Source of the DNA: Poseidonia sp.
GTDB lineage: Archaea; Thermoplasmatota; Poseidoniia; Poseidoniales; Poseidoniaceae
Assembly: GCA_965661285.1 (NCBI GenBank)
Contig: CBFIDD010000001.1
Coordinates: 96,001 to 160,000, forward strand
Length of the DNA: 64,000 nt
Direction: 5' to 3'
Position 1 is the stretch's first letter. Each line of letters starts with the position of its first letter. Position numbers and translations under genes: made by a program. The notes beneath the pieces are model-generated. The model made no database searches and had not been told where the DNA came from. It saw only the letters and a list, made by a program, of their open reading frames with translations. This document shows positions 9,048-18,909 of the stretch, in pieces.

Positions 9048-11849
9048 TCATTTCAATCGGTTCGCTCGCTCCAAGAGCCCGCCGCTGCTGCGCGCTGTTA
9101 GCTGCTCGGTTTCCGGCGCAATTGAGACATCCTCCTCTGAAGTGCGAGGTCCTCGGCTGCGTGAAAACATGACAACTGCAGCCACGAGCACAGCGAGAAG
9201 AGCAAGACCAGCACCAACCAAGAGTGCACCGGCGGTTCCACTGGATTCGTCCTCGACGGTTTCGCCTTGACCGCCGTTGGTGGTGTTGCCCAGCGTGGGG
9301 TCAAACACGAAGGTGGAGACGACGCTGCGTTGGAGTTCGTCGTCGTAGACTTCCAATTTGATGGTCTTTGATGTCGACGAATCATCGCTGATGGGAAGCA
9401 GCGTGACACACTGATAGACGCCGCTGGTACTGCTCAGGCAGGAATGGTTCACATCCACCACCGCATTATCCACCGAGACGATAGCGTCGGTGTTGACAAC
9501 ACCGTCGACATCGGTGACCGACCAGTACATGTTGGCAGTGGAGCCTCCAACGCCCTGAACGGATTCGATGGCGACAAACGGAAGGTCGGGCACGGGTTCA
9601 ACCGTGAGCGAAATGGAAGCGCTGTGGGTCGATGTACCGTCAGAAACATTGAGCCACACCCCGTTGATGACACCAAAGAAATCCAGGCTGGGCGTGAAGA
9701 CCATCGAGCCGTTCACTTGCGAAACAACAACATCCGATGTGATGTTTTCCAAGGTCCACGCCAACGGGTCGCCGTCAACATCGTAGGCCATGGCTGACAA
9801 ATCCAAACGCAGGGCTTCATCTTCGGCCAGCGTGAGGTTGCCCCAGGCAGAGGCGTTGACGACCACCGGGTCGTTGATGGGATTGACCACGACCGGTATT
9901 TCCAGCATGAGTGAGGGATTGACGCCATCCGAAATCAACACCTGAAGCACCGTTGCTCCATGCTCGTTCGGGAGTGGCGTGATGGTGATTTCCTCGCCTT
10001 GAATACTGTAGCGAACGGGCGACTGAAGGCCGGTTTTCTCGTCGCCAATACGAACATCAAGTTCTTCGCCCTCCGGGTCAGAAACCACCTGACGGATGTT
10101 GTACGACACGCTAGGACCGTCTTCGTCCATCTCCTGAATCGCAACCGTTCCGTCCTTCACGGGCGGGTCGTCAACCGGTGTCAGGACAACCCGCAGTTGA
10201 GTTGAAGCTTCATCCAGTGTCAAACCATCACTGCGAAGCACGAGGTCCACCTTGCACTCTCCTAGCCATTCCTCATCAACCGCATGATTGACGACGAGGG
10301 AGCGTCCATCTTCGGCGATGCTCACGCCAAAGTGATTCGCATCAACCCCCGAGAGACTGGCGGTCATGAGACGAACGAGTTGCCCGTCCGGGTCAACGGC
10401 AATCTCCGATGCGTTGATGGATTTCTGACCGTGCTGGGGCACGTACACCACCGGCTTTGGCGAAAGGAGTTCAAGGGGTGTGTTTTCTCGCAACACCGCG
10501 GTGGTGAAGAGACTGGGTGCACCCTCCACCTCAACCCTCATCCAGGCCTTCTGAAGACCTGGGGCGACGGGTGCCAAGGGGTAGTCACAGCCGGCAGTAC
10601 CGTTTGCAGACAGGGAGGGCGTGGCCTCCCACGGACCGTTGAACCAACCGCAGGTGATGTTCACATCCCACCCCGCAGGAAGGTCAGCGAAGGTGGTGCC
10701 GTCCCGTAGCGTCCAGTTGAGTTGGATGTTGAGGGTCTCGGTGCCGTTGACCGAAGTCGAGGCGTTATGGCTCAAAGCCTGCGAAGACCACCGAAGAAAG
10801 GATGCGTCCGTCAAGTCTTCATCGACATAGGCATCAGGATCGCTGACCGTTCGAGGCCCCTCGCCTCGATTCAACGCGTCGCGGAATCGGCTATGATCGC
10901 CGTGAAGAACGGTGTCCAAATACGCAACGACATGGCTGGATGTGATGGAGATCTGTGCTGTTTGGCTCATCGTGGCATCGCCGTCGCTTTCAAAGAAATT
11001 CTGGCTGTCCTGGAATTGGTAATGATTGGCTCCCAAAAGGTGCATCCAATGCCACGCGACGCCTCCGTTCGCTTCCACGCGCTCCATCGTGTCCTGCGAA
11101 GGGGCGACCTCGTCAACGGTTCCCGTGATGAACAATCCCGTATTGGGTGTTGGTGGATTTGGCGTGGCAATGTCTGACCACGTAAAGCCCTCTTCCAACC
11201 CCTCGAGGTTGAGACCGAGACCCACCAGACCTCGTGGAGGATGGGTGGTCTGCGAACGCTCGGTCAAGTCCCAAAACGGAAAGGCAAGGTAGGCTGCGGC
11301 CGCACCCAAACCGTGACCTCCGACCGCCCAGTGGTCGAGGTCAATGTTCCCAGTGCTGCCCATCACGTGCAGGTTGCTTTGGTTCTGCTGGTCCATGATT
11401 TCAACAATATCGGTGAGCAATTCAAGGGTCTCCTCGACATCGGTTTCCTCTGAGACAGGGCCGGTGACGACCACGATGAAACCACGCTTGACCAGTTCAT
11501 CGGTGAGCAGCGTGTAACTGTCAACGGATTCACCGCTGTCGCCGATGAAGACCACCCACGAAAACGGACCGTTGCCCGCCATGTCCTTGTCCTCACCGTC
11601 AAACATGGCCGGGTAAACCATCCTGACCTCGGGCGAAAATGGGCCGCCGAGACGGAACTCGGTCCAACCTACGGGGAAATCAACGCCTGCGTGGCTTTCT
11701 TCGAAGTCCATACCTTCCTCAAGCAAGGCGTGCACAGAAGTGGATGAAAGCAGGAGGATGACGACGCACGTCAGCATTGCGTGTAGCCGGACCACGCTCA
11801 TCACATTGATGGCGACGCTGTGAATCAAAGAGTCTTCCCTTTCATGCAT
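9048..11849 (-). CDS. Membrane-anchored surface protein: alpha/beta-hydrolase-fold domain, cadherin/Ig-like repeats, C-terminal TM
   Basis: Signal peptide; VYPA..GPF..VVF, GGHGLG elbow, GTVD, GANH; repeats PVDDPPV, NPINDPV, PVPDLPF with D-x-D-G-x motifs; TM followed by RSR. Start may be 11801. Confidence 0.8.
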   Translation of the reverse strand: MHEREDSLIHSVAINVMSVVRLHAMLTCVVILLLSSTSVHALLEEGMDFEESHAGVDFPVGWTEFRLGGPFSPEVRMVYPAMFDGEDKDMAGNGPFSWVVFIGDSGESVDSYTLLTDELVKRGFIVVVTGPVSEETDVEETLELLTDIVEIMDQQNQSNLHVMGSTGNIDLDHWAVGGHGLGAAAAYLAFPFWDLTERSQTTHPPRGLVGLGLNLEGLEEGFTWSDIATPNPPTPNTGLFITGTVDEVAPSQDTMERVEANGGVAWHWMHLLGANHYQFQDSQNFFESDGDATMSQTAQISITSSHVVAYLDTVLHGDHSRFRDALNRGEGPRTVSDPDAYVDEDLTDASFLRWSSQALSHNASTSVNGTETLNIQLNWTLRDGTTFADLPAGWDVNITCGWFNGPWEATPSLSANGTAGCDYPLAPVAPGLQKAWMRVEVEGAPSLFTTAVLRENTPLELLSPKPVVYVPQHGQKSINASEIAVDPDGQLVRLMTASLSGVDANHFGVSIAEDGRSLVVNHAVDEEWLGECKVDLVLRSDGLTLDEASTQLRVVLTPVDDPPVKDGTVAIQEMDEDGPSVSYNIRQVVSDPEGEELDVRIGDEKTGLQSPVRYSIQGEEITITPLPNEHGATVLQVLISDGVNPSLMLEIPVVVNPINDPVVVNASAWGNLTLAEDEALRLDLSAMAYDVDGDPLAWTLENITSDVVVSQVNGSMVFTPSLDFFGVINGVWLNVSDGTSTHSASISLTVEPVPDLPFVAIESVQGVGGSTANMYWSVTDVDGVVNTDAIVSVDNAVVDVNHSCLSSTSGVYQCVTLLPISDDSSTSKTIKLEVYDDELQRSVVSTFVFDPTLGNTTNGGQGETVEDESSGTAGALLVGAGLALLAVLVAAVVMFSRSRGPRTSEEDVSIAPETEQLTARSSGGLLERANRLK

Positions 11850-12840
11850 AGGAGGCCAGCACCGATTCGGCCTCGAGGAGCCGAGTCAACAGAAGCCCGA
11901 GACTTGGAAGCTCTGACGCCCGCTCGGGAGCCCACAAACGTCGCCAGCATGCCAAATGCTGCGCAACGAGAAGCCAACGACCGTCTAAGCCATCGTTCGT
12001 GATGGTCGCAACACGTTCGTCCGTATTTCCTGTCATCGGTGCGTAAGATGAATGGAGCACAAGGACATCGGCCTGCCCAGCGTACGTGTTGTCAAAATCG
12101 ACAACCACCGTCGGGTCGTCCTCTGTGATGCTGTCGGACCAAGGCCCCTCTTCCAACGAACGGCGACTCGGCAAGATAGAAATTTGGCCGCCGGCCGCTG
12201 ACCATGCGGCTGCGGTCGACCGAGCCGCACCGCCACCGCCGACCAAGCCAAGCACATGCTCGGAGGCTTCAACACCGTGATGCTCGAGAACGTGCACAAC
12301 GCCTTCGCCATCGACACCTGCACACCACCACCCGCGTCCGTCCCAACGGAGGGCATTGACGCATTTGTTCACCATGCAATCATCAACGGCAACGACGGCC
12401 CCGGAATCCAGTTGGTGCTTTAGCGGAGCCGTGAGGTTGAGCCATATCTCCTCCTCAAACATACGGGTAGGGAGACTCTTTGCGGGGGACATATGGTGGT
12501 CCACGGTCGTGTTGACGGGCTCCAAGAGCGGATGGCATGACGTTTGTTGTGAGGCAGTGTCAACGGCTTTTCTTAGCAAGGCCTTTGTTCGAAATTGCGT
12601 GAACAATGATTGGGTATAGCGCCAGGGGAGGGGTTCGGGAACAGCACCGGCATAGCCCCACGCAAGGGCATCTTGAATCGTGGAAACATCGACGAGTTCC
12701 ATGCGGAGATGCTTGTCATCCATCTTCAATCCAAGATGGCTCGCCACCAAAGCGGTCAACAACGGCGAGAGGCTATGGTCGACGGGTCGGCCCGCAATTC
12801 CGTATCGAATTGCTGCCATGGACCAACCACGGGCTTTCAA
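11842..12840 (-). CDS. aroE: Shikimate dehydrogenase-like protein (divergent)
   Basis: GRPVDHSLSP, NLTAPLK, VNAL, GVDGEG, GGGGAARS, LVAQ motifs. Confidence 0.7.
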   Translation of the reverse strand: MKARGWSMAAIRYGIAGRPVDHSLSPLLTALVASHLGLKMDDKHLRMELVDVSTIQDALAWGYAGAVPEPLPWRYTQSLFTQFRTKALLRKAVDTASQQTSCHPLLEPVNTTVDHHMSPAKSLPTRMFEEEIWLNLTAPLKHQLDSGAVVAVDDCMVNKCVNALRWDGRGWWCAGVDGEGVVHVLEHHGVEASEHVLGLVGGGGAARSTAAAWSAAGGQISILPSRRSLEEGPWSDSITEDDPTVVVDFDNTYAGQADVLVLHSSYAPMTGNTDERVATITNDGLDGRWLLVAQHLACWRRLWAPERASELPSLGLLLTRLLEAESVLASYA

Positions 12841-12899
12841 CTCAAAAAGGCGACGAATGCCGTCTTAACCTTCAAGAGGGAGTATGGCGTAGCCATCCC

Positions 12900-13211
12900 A
12901 TGGGAAGAGCCGTTGGACTGATGACTGCTGGCCTTGGCACCTACATGACATTCAAGATGTGGGCTGAATTTCAAGACGCTCTCGGAACCGTCTTCGGCGC
13001 CTCATGGGGGATCATCATCGCCACCGTGGTGTTTTTGATTTACCAATCGAACAAAAACGATAAAGCCTACGAAGCGTCCTTCGGAGAAGCCATTCCAGCC
13101 TCCATCAGCAAGGGAAATATGGAGGCTGAAAATCCACAACCCTTGGTCTTCATCGCGGGTCTTTACGTGTTCATTATCGTGATTTTCGAGATCCTGCTCG
13201 CAGCCGTGTGA
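12900..13211 (+). CDS. Small 3-TM membrane protein
   Basis: 3' part of ORF 12606-13211; ATG 12900 avoids the overlap with the divergent aroE; three hydrophobic helices. Confidence 0.7.
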   Translation: MGRAVGLMTAGLGTYMTFKMWAEFQDALGTVFGASWGIIIATVVFLIYQSNKNDKAYEASFGEAIPASISKGNMEAENPQPLVFIAGLYVFIIVIFEILLAAV

Positions 13212-13223
13212 GGATGAACCCTC

Positions 13224-13508
13224 ATGCCCGGACTCATGGAGGTCTTTATCCTCAAAGACCGAGTCAACGGCAACAGAGATAACATCTTTCTGATCCTGTT
13301 TGAGAAGGCCTTCATTCTCATCTCCTTGCTTGTGGTCCTTCTGGTGGGTGTATCGCTCAATCTCCCTGCATGGGGCGTAGGTGCGTTGGTGGGTGGAGCC
13401 CTCGGGCCCATCGTGTACGGACACTACTACGTCATTTACATCAGACCTGTGAAAAAACAGCAGAAGATTGATGTGGCCAAGAAGCAAGCAAAGAATAAGA
13501 GGCGATGA
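13224..13508 (+). CDS. Small 2-TM membrane protein with basic tail
   Basis: GAGG RBS, two hydrophobic segments, tight operon spacing. Confidence 0.7.
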   Translation: MPGLMEVFILKDRVNGNRDNIFLILFEKAFILISLLVVLLVGVSLNLPAWGVGALVGGALGPIVYGHYYVIYIRPVKKQQKIDVAKKQAKNKRR

Positions 13509-13509
13509 T

Positions 13510-14142
13510 ATGGTGCTTGGATTCTCAACCATTCTGGAATTTTTCGGGCTTGAAGGCATTGAAGGCATTGATGTGTTCTTTGCTGCGATGGCGATCATCG
13601 GGACGGTCTTGTTTACCATTTACTTCATTCTCGTCCTCATTGGCGGCGTTGCCGACGGTATTGCGGACGCCATCCCGTTCTTCGACGTCAGTTTCGAGAT
13701 GGATGCGGAAGGCGTCTTCCACATGCTTACCATCCAGGGCCTCTTGAGTTTCATGATGATGTTCGGCATCTTTGGCCTGGCTGTTTCACAAGGCGATTAC
13801 CCTGCAGGCCTTGCCATCGGCGCCGGCTCGATTGCCGGCCTGAGCTCCATGTGGATCGTCGGGAAAGTCTTCCAGGCCATCGCAGGATTGGAAACCGACG
13901 GCACCGTCGTGCACAACCAAGCCATCGGAGCGAAAGGCACGGTCTACCGAACGATTCGACCCGGCATCTCGGGCCAAATTCAAGTTGAGTTCCAGGACGC
14001 TCTACGAACGTGCGAAGCGGTCGCAGAGGACGAAGGCCTCACCATTGAGACGGGGAAATTCGTGGTTGTAACCGGGAACATTGCCGAGATTCTGGTCGTC
14101 AAGCCCCTCAAGGTCGCCGACGCGATGGCTGAGGATGAATAA
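13510..14142 (+). CDS. NfeD-like protein (TM segments plus C-terminal OB fold)
   Basis: IGAKGTVYRTI..GQIQV...EAVA...IETG..VVV OB-fold pattern, directly upstream of flotillin. Confidence 0.88.
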   Translation: MVLGFSTILEFFGLEGIEGIDVFFAAMAIIGTVLFTIYFILVLIGGVADGIADAIPFFDVSFEMDAEGVFHMLTIQGLLSFMMMFGIFGLAVSQGDYPAGLAIGAGSIAGLSSMWIVGKVFQAIAGLETDGTVVHNQAIGAKGTVYRTIRPGISGQIQVEFQDALRTCEAVAEDEGLTIETGKFVVVTGNIAEILVVKPLKVADAMAEDE

Positions 14143-14192
14143 GACTTCTCGCCGTGTTAAGTCTCTTAAAGGAGAACGGGCGTGGCTCAACC

Positions 14193-15578
14193 ATGATGGA
14201 TACACTTATTCTCATCGGCATCAGCCTGTTTGTGATTACCGTCCTCGCCACGGTTTACATTGCAACAAGCCGCTACAAGCTCGCACCCGCAAACAAAATT
14301 CTCGTCGTCTACGGTAATACCCAAGGCGCAGGTGCAGCAAAATGTTACCACGGTGGCGGAAAAATCGTCTGGCCGCTGGTGCAAAACTACGCCTTCCTTG
14401 ACCTCAAACCCATGACCATCAACATCAATCTTGAGCACGCTCTCTCGCAACAAAACATCCGCATCAACGTTCCATCAACCTTTACCATCGGAATCGACAC
14501 CAAGCCCTCCATCATGCAAAACGCAGCGGTTCGCCTGCTCAACCTCGACCAGGTGGCCATTGAAGACATGGCCAAGGAGATCATCTTTGGTCAACTGCGT
14601 CTTACCGTCGCCTCACTCACCATTGAGGAGATCAACGGGGACCGTGAGGCGTTCCTCAGCCAAGTGGTCAACAACGTGGACACCGAATTGCACAAGATCG
14701 GCCTCTACCTCATCAACGTCAACATCACGGACATCACCGACGAAGCCGACTACATCATGTCCATCGGTGCCAAGGCTGCCGCCCAAGCCATCGCTGCAGC
14801 CGATGTTGACCGAGCCAACGCCACCCGAGACGGTGCCGTCGGTCAGGCCGAAGCCGACCGAGCCCGTGAAATTCAGGTGGCCAAGAACCGTGCAGAATCC
14901 GACAAGGGTCAGAAAGAGGCAGAAGCCGACCGACGTGTCTACGTCCAACAGCAAGAATCCAAGGCCGTTGAAGGTGAAAACCTGTCCCGTGCTGAAATCG
15001 CCAGCTACAACGCCGACCTTGCTGAGAAAGAGGCCGAGGCCCTCAAGCGTTCGGAAGTCGCCAAGCGCAAGGCTCAGGTTGAGATTGAGAAGGCTCAGTA
15101 CGAGTTTGAAGGCCAGCGCCTGCGAGCCGATGAGATCGCCCGTGAGGAAGTCTCGAAGCAGCAAATCGAAATCGCAGCCGAAGCCGAAGCCGAACGCCAA
15201 CGCCGCATCGCCAAGGGTCAGGCCGACGCCACCCTCGCTGCTTACAACGCCGAGGCAGAAGGTCAGCGTGCCGTGCTCGAAGCGAAGGCCGAAGGATACG
15301 CCCGCTTAGTAGCCAGTGCCGGTGGCGATGCCAAGGCCGCTGCTACGCTGCTGATGGTTGAGAAGATCGAAGAATTGGTCGCTCGTCAAACCGAAGCCAT
15401 TGCCAACCTCAAGATCGACAAGATCACCGTTTGGGATTCCGGCAACAACGGCGGCGAAGGCGGAGCCACCTCGAACTTTGTTTCATCGCTCATCCAGAGC
15501 CTCCCACCCGTTCACGACGTCGCCAAGATGGCTGGCGTCGACCTGCCCGATTACTTGGGCACGATGAAAGACGAGTGA
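14193..15578 (+). CDS. Flotillin-family SPFH protein (YqiK/FloT-like)
   Basis: N-terminal TM, SPFH domain (GQLRL..ASLTIEEIN.DRE.F), AE-rich coiled coil, KIDKITVWDSG. Confidence 0.93.
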   Translation: MMDTLILIGISLFVITVLATVYIATSRYKLAPANKILVVYGNTQGAGAAKCYHGGGKIVWPLVQNYAFLDLKPMTININLEHALSQQNIRINVPSTFTIGIDTKPSIMQNAAVRLLNLDQVAIEDMAKEIIFGQLRLTVASLTIEEINGDREAFLSQVVNNVDTELHKIGLYLINVNITDITDEADYIMSIGAKAAAQAIAAADVDRANATRDGAVGQAEADRAREIQVAKNRAESDKGQKEAEADRRVYVQQQESKAVEGENLSRAEIASYNADLAEKEAEALKRSEVAKRKAQVEIEKAQYEFEGQRLRADEIAREEVSKQQIEIAAEAEAERQRRIAKGQADATLAAYNAEAEGQRAVLEAKAEGYARLVASAGGDAKAAATLLMVEKIEELVARQTEAIANLKIDKITVWDSGNNGGEGGATSNFVSSLIQSLPPVHDVAKMAGVDLPDYLGTMKDE

Positions 15579-15658
15579 GTTGGGTCGGGACCTGAGGTCC
15601 TGAAACCGGCTTCGGACTGAACCCCTCAAGCGAGGGTTTCAAAGACCCATTCTGCCGC

Positions 15659-17383
15659 ATGCAGCCTATGGCCACCGACCTTGAAATTGCGCGAGAAGCA
15701 AAAATGGAGCCGATTGAAGCCGTGGCGTGGAAGTTGGGCATTTCGTCCCACGAACTCATGCTCATGGGCAACGGTGTTGCCAAAGTCAACTGGGCCGCAT
15801 TGAAAGAACGCTTCTCAAAGCCTCAGGGAAGTTTGGTGCTCGTCACCTCGGTCAACCCAACGCCATTCGGCGAAGGAAAAACCGTGACCACGATTGGATT
15901 GACCCAGGCCTTGAACCGCATCGGTCAATCAGCGACATGCGTCATTCGGGAGCCCTCGATGGGACCGGTGTTCGGCATCAAGGGCGGCGCTGCTGGCGGC
16001 GGGTATTCCCAAGTCCTGCCAATGGAAGACATCAACCTCCACCTCACGGGTGACTTGCACGCCGTCACTTCCGCACACAACCTCCTCTCCGCCCTGATCG
16101 ACAACCACATCAAGCACGGCAACGAATCCAAACTCGACCCGACACGGATTACTTGGCCACGTGTCATCGACATGAACGACCGTGCGCTTCGAAGCATCGC
16201 CATCGGGATGGGTGGACCAGCCAACGGCCAGGTTCGAGAAGACCGATTTGACATCACGGCAGCCAGCGAGGTGATGGCCATTCTCGTTTTGGCCACCGAT
16301 TACGCCGACCTGCGTCGCCGCCTTGGTGATATTGTGGTTGGTACATCGGCCGAAGGCCACCCCGTCAAAGCCAGCGATATCGGTGGTGCTGGCGCCATGG
16401 CGCTCCTTCTTCGGCAAGCCTTCCTCCCCAACATCACCCAAACGTTGGAGGGCGACCCTGCCTTCATTCACGGCGGACCGTTTGCTAACATTGCCCACGG
16501 CAATTCCAGCATCATCGCCGACCGAATCGCACTGGCGGCGGCCGACATCGTGGTCACCGAGGCCGGATTTGGCTCGGACATGGGTGCGGAGAAATTCATG
16601 CATATCAAGGCCGCAACCTCAGGCAAAGCACCGGACTGCGTGGTCATGAACGTCACCGTCCGTTCCATGAAGCTCCACGGCGGCGCCTTCGGAGACCGAG
16701 GCGGTATTCGCCCCGACAAAGCCACGCTTGAGGCGGAGAACGTTGAAGCAACGACCCTCGGCGCCAAGACCAATCTCGACCGGCACATTCGGAACATGGC
16801 CTCGTTTGGTGTACCGGTTGTGGTGTCCATCAACCGCTTTGCATCCGACACGGACGCAGAACTGGAGGCGATTGCCCAAGCGGCACGAGATAGCGGGGCA
16901 ACATCGGTCTGCGTCACGGAAGTGCATGCCAACGGCGGTGCTGGCGGCAAGGATTTGGCAGAAGCCGTCGTCAAGGCCGTTCAGAATCATGTGGCTGCAG
17001 GACGGCCTTTCGTCCCGCTGTTTACCCCCGAAACCGACGTGTTGGACAAGGCGACCGCCATCGCTACCCGACTGTACAAGGCCGAGGGCGTTGAACTCAC
17101 GCCAAAGGCCGTTCGTGAACTCGAGCGCATTCGTTCATGGGGCTACGGACACCTGCCGGTTTGCATGGCCAAGACGCAGTACTCCTTCTCCCACGACGCC
17201 TCTTTGCTGGGGGCACCCTCTGGCTTTACCGTGCCCGTGCGTGAATTCCGATTGAACGCAGGGGCGGGCTTTGTCGTCGCTGTGCTGGGGAACATGATGA
17301 CGATGCCCGGTTTACCAAAGCGCCCTGCAGCGCTCGACATGGATATGGATGAAGACGGGTACCTCCTCGGCGTGTTTGGGTGA
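15659..17383 (+). CDS. fhs: Formate--tetrahydrofolate ligase
   Basis: NPTPFGEGKT, GIKGGAAGGGY, HGGPFANIAHG, TEAGFG, AKTQYSFS, MPGLP. Confidence 0.97.
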   Translation: MQPMATDLEIAREAKMEPIEAVAWKLGISSHELMLMGNGVAKVNWAALKERFSKPQGSLVLVTSVNPTPFGEGKTVTTIGLTQALNRIGQSATCVIREPSMGPVFGIKGGAAGGGYSQVLPMEDINLHLTGDLHAVTSAHNLLSALIDNHIKHGNESKLDPTRITWPRVIDMNDRALRSIAIGMGGPANGQVREDRFDITAASEVMAILVLATDYADLRRRLGDIVVGTSAEGHPVKASDIGGAGAMALLLRQAFLPNITQTLEGDPAFIHGGPFANIAHGNSSIIADRIALAAADIVVTEAGFGSDMGAEKFMHIKAATSGKAPDCVVMNVTVRSMKLHGGAFGDRGGIRPDKATLEAENVEATTLGAKTNLDRHIRNMASFGVPVVVSINRFASDTDAELEAIAQAARDSGATSVCVTEVHANGGAGGKDLAEAVVKAVQNHVAAGRPFVPLFTPETDVLDKATAIATRLYKAEGVELTPKAVRELERIRSWGYGHLPVCMAKTQYSFSHDASLLGAPSGFTVPVREFRLNAGAGFVVAVLGNMMTMPGLPKRPAALDMDMDEDGYLLGVFG

Positions 17384-17387
17384 AGGA

Positions 17388-18449
17388 ATGGACGTCCTCT
17401 TTCGAGACCACAACCAGTGGCGTTTACGGGTGCAAACCGTCGACGACCTCTGGGTGTTGAACCGGCTGATACAACCGGGGATGTCCGTGGGCATGCTGGG
17501 TGAGCGACGCGACCAGACCACCGGAGGAGATGAGGGTGGACGTTCAAAGCAGGCAGAACGCAAGAAAATGTGGATTCGCCTCAACGTCGAACATACCGAA
17601 CACCAATCCTTCACCGATGTGCTTCGCATTCACGGCATCATCGAGGAAGCCGCGTTCGATGTGGGACTGCATCATACCCATGCTGTTGAATTGCGTGATG
17701 AAATCAACATCGCATCGCAAAAGGGATTCTCAAAACTTGACCGAGACCTCCTCAGCGAGAGCGTACGCGCAGCCAACCAAGGCCAGGTGGCGTTATTGGT
17801 GGTTGAAGGTGATGAGATGATCCTGTACTTCGTGACGGCCCGCGGCCTTCGAGAAAGTGCCACATGGACCATGCGAGGCGGTGGAAAACGAGGCGATCTC
17901 CGGTTGACCGACGGCATCGCCAACCAATTTCGCGCCACCATTGTCGAAGGCCTCACCCAGCAACTTGACGAGGACATGCCGCTGGTCATCTGCGGCCCGG
18001 GACGAAATCGAGACCGCATGCTCGCCGACCTCAAGGCAGCAGGCCACACGCGCTCCATGCTGTCGGTCGGCACCACCATGGGAGGACGGGGAGCGGCCAA
18101 CGAGGTGCTTCGAGAAGGGCTTGCGGGAAACGTGCTCGCCGAGCATCGGATGGTCCAGGAAATTACGTTGCTCGAGGAGGCCTGGCAGCGCATTTCAACC
18201 AACGGTGCAGTGGCCTACGGCAAGGACGAGATCCAACAAGCCACACAAGAAGGCGCTGTCGACACCCTGCTCATCGGAGCGGATGTTCTTCGAGACGATG
18301 CTGATGCAGGAGGGGCGTCGTGGGAGCGCATCGCCCAAACCGTAGAGAAATTTTCAGGCAAGGTCGTTCAGTGCTCGCTCGACCACGATGCTGGCGAGCA
18401 GTTGATGGGGTACGGGGGCGCCGTCGCTCTGTTGCGATACGTGAGGTGA
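17388..18449 (+). CDS. pelA: Pelota / Dom34 ribosome-rescue factor
   Basis: DDLWVL, GLHHT, ICGPG, AVAYG..E, GEQL..GG..ALLRY; ATG at 17388 after the fhs stop. Confidence 0.92.
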   Translation: MDVLFRDHNQWRLRVQTVDDLWVLNRLIQPGMSVGMLGERRDQTTGGDEGGRSKQAERKKMWIRLNVEHTEHQSFTDVLRIHGIIEEAAFDVGLHHTHAVELRDEINIASQKGFSKLDRDLLSESVRAANQGQVALLVVEGDEMILYFVTARGLRESATWTMRGGGKRGDLRLTDGIANQFRATIVEGLTQQLDEDMPLVICGPGRNRDRMLADLKAAGHTRSMLSVGTTMGGRGAANEVLREGLAGNVLAEHRMVQEITLLEEAWQRISTNGAVAYGKDEIQQATQEGAVDTLLIGADVLRDDADAGGASWERIAQTVEKFSGKVVQCSLDHDAGEQLMGYGGAVALLRYVR

Positions 18450-18453
18450 GACC

Positions 18454-18756
18454 GTGCAGACCGTTCGTTTTGAAGAACTGGGCGAGGATGTTCGCGCTTC
18501 GCTTCAAGGGAAACGATGGCTGCTCATTGAAGCCGAACAGCTCCCTCGTGCCACCGCAGCCCTTGCCTTCAGTGAACTGGAAGATGTCTTGGTAGCGGTC
18601 GATCATCGCGGACATGAGGTCCCCGATGGCTTGTGGATGCGGGCCGTCCATTTGCTTCTGGTCTCTGATGTCGATGAAGCCAGCATGCTGCAAGAAACCA
18701 GCGGCATCACCAAAGTGTTGGCCACCGACCAGCCGATGGAACGTCTTCTGTGGTAG
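18454..18756 (+). CDS. Hypothetical protein
   Basis: GAGGTGA RBS before GTG; fills the gap between pelA and the tRNA. Confidence 0.7.
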   Translation: MQTVRFEELGEDVRASLQGKRWLLIEAEQLPRATAALAFSELEDVLVAVDHRGHEVPDGLWMRAVHLLLVSDVDEASMLQETSGITKVLATDQPMERLLW

Positions 18757-18829
18757 TGGGTCTGGAGGGACTCGAACCCTCGATCAACTCCGTGTAAGGG
18801 AGGTGTCATAGCCGCTAGACCACAGACCC
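18757..18829 (-). tRNA. tRNA-Val(TAC)
   Basis: Reverse complement GGGTCTG...CTCC CTTACAC GGAG...GAGGG TTCGAGT CCCTC CAGACCC A. Confidence 0.95.
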
Positions 18830-18909
18830 AACTTGCCCTGCATCATCCCCTTTTTGAAAAGTGCGCCCCCAACGGAACGCTCAAAGCCCACAGCGTTGAC
18901 CACCGCCCA

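Noticed and set aside
14431-15309. 292-aa alternative-frame ORF inside flotillin
   Set aside because: P/S/T/R-rich frameshift shadow of GCC/GAA-rich codons; no independent signals.
15659-17383. fhs as evidence of a Wood-Ljungdahl pathway
   Set aside because: Fhs alone serves general C1/formate metabolism; no CODH/ACS genes are present here.
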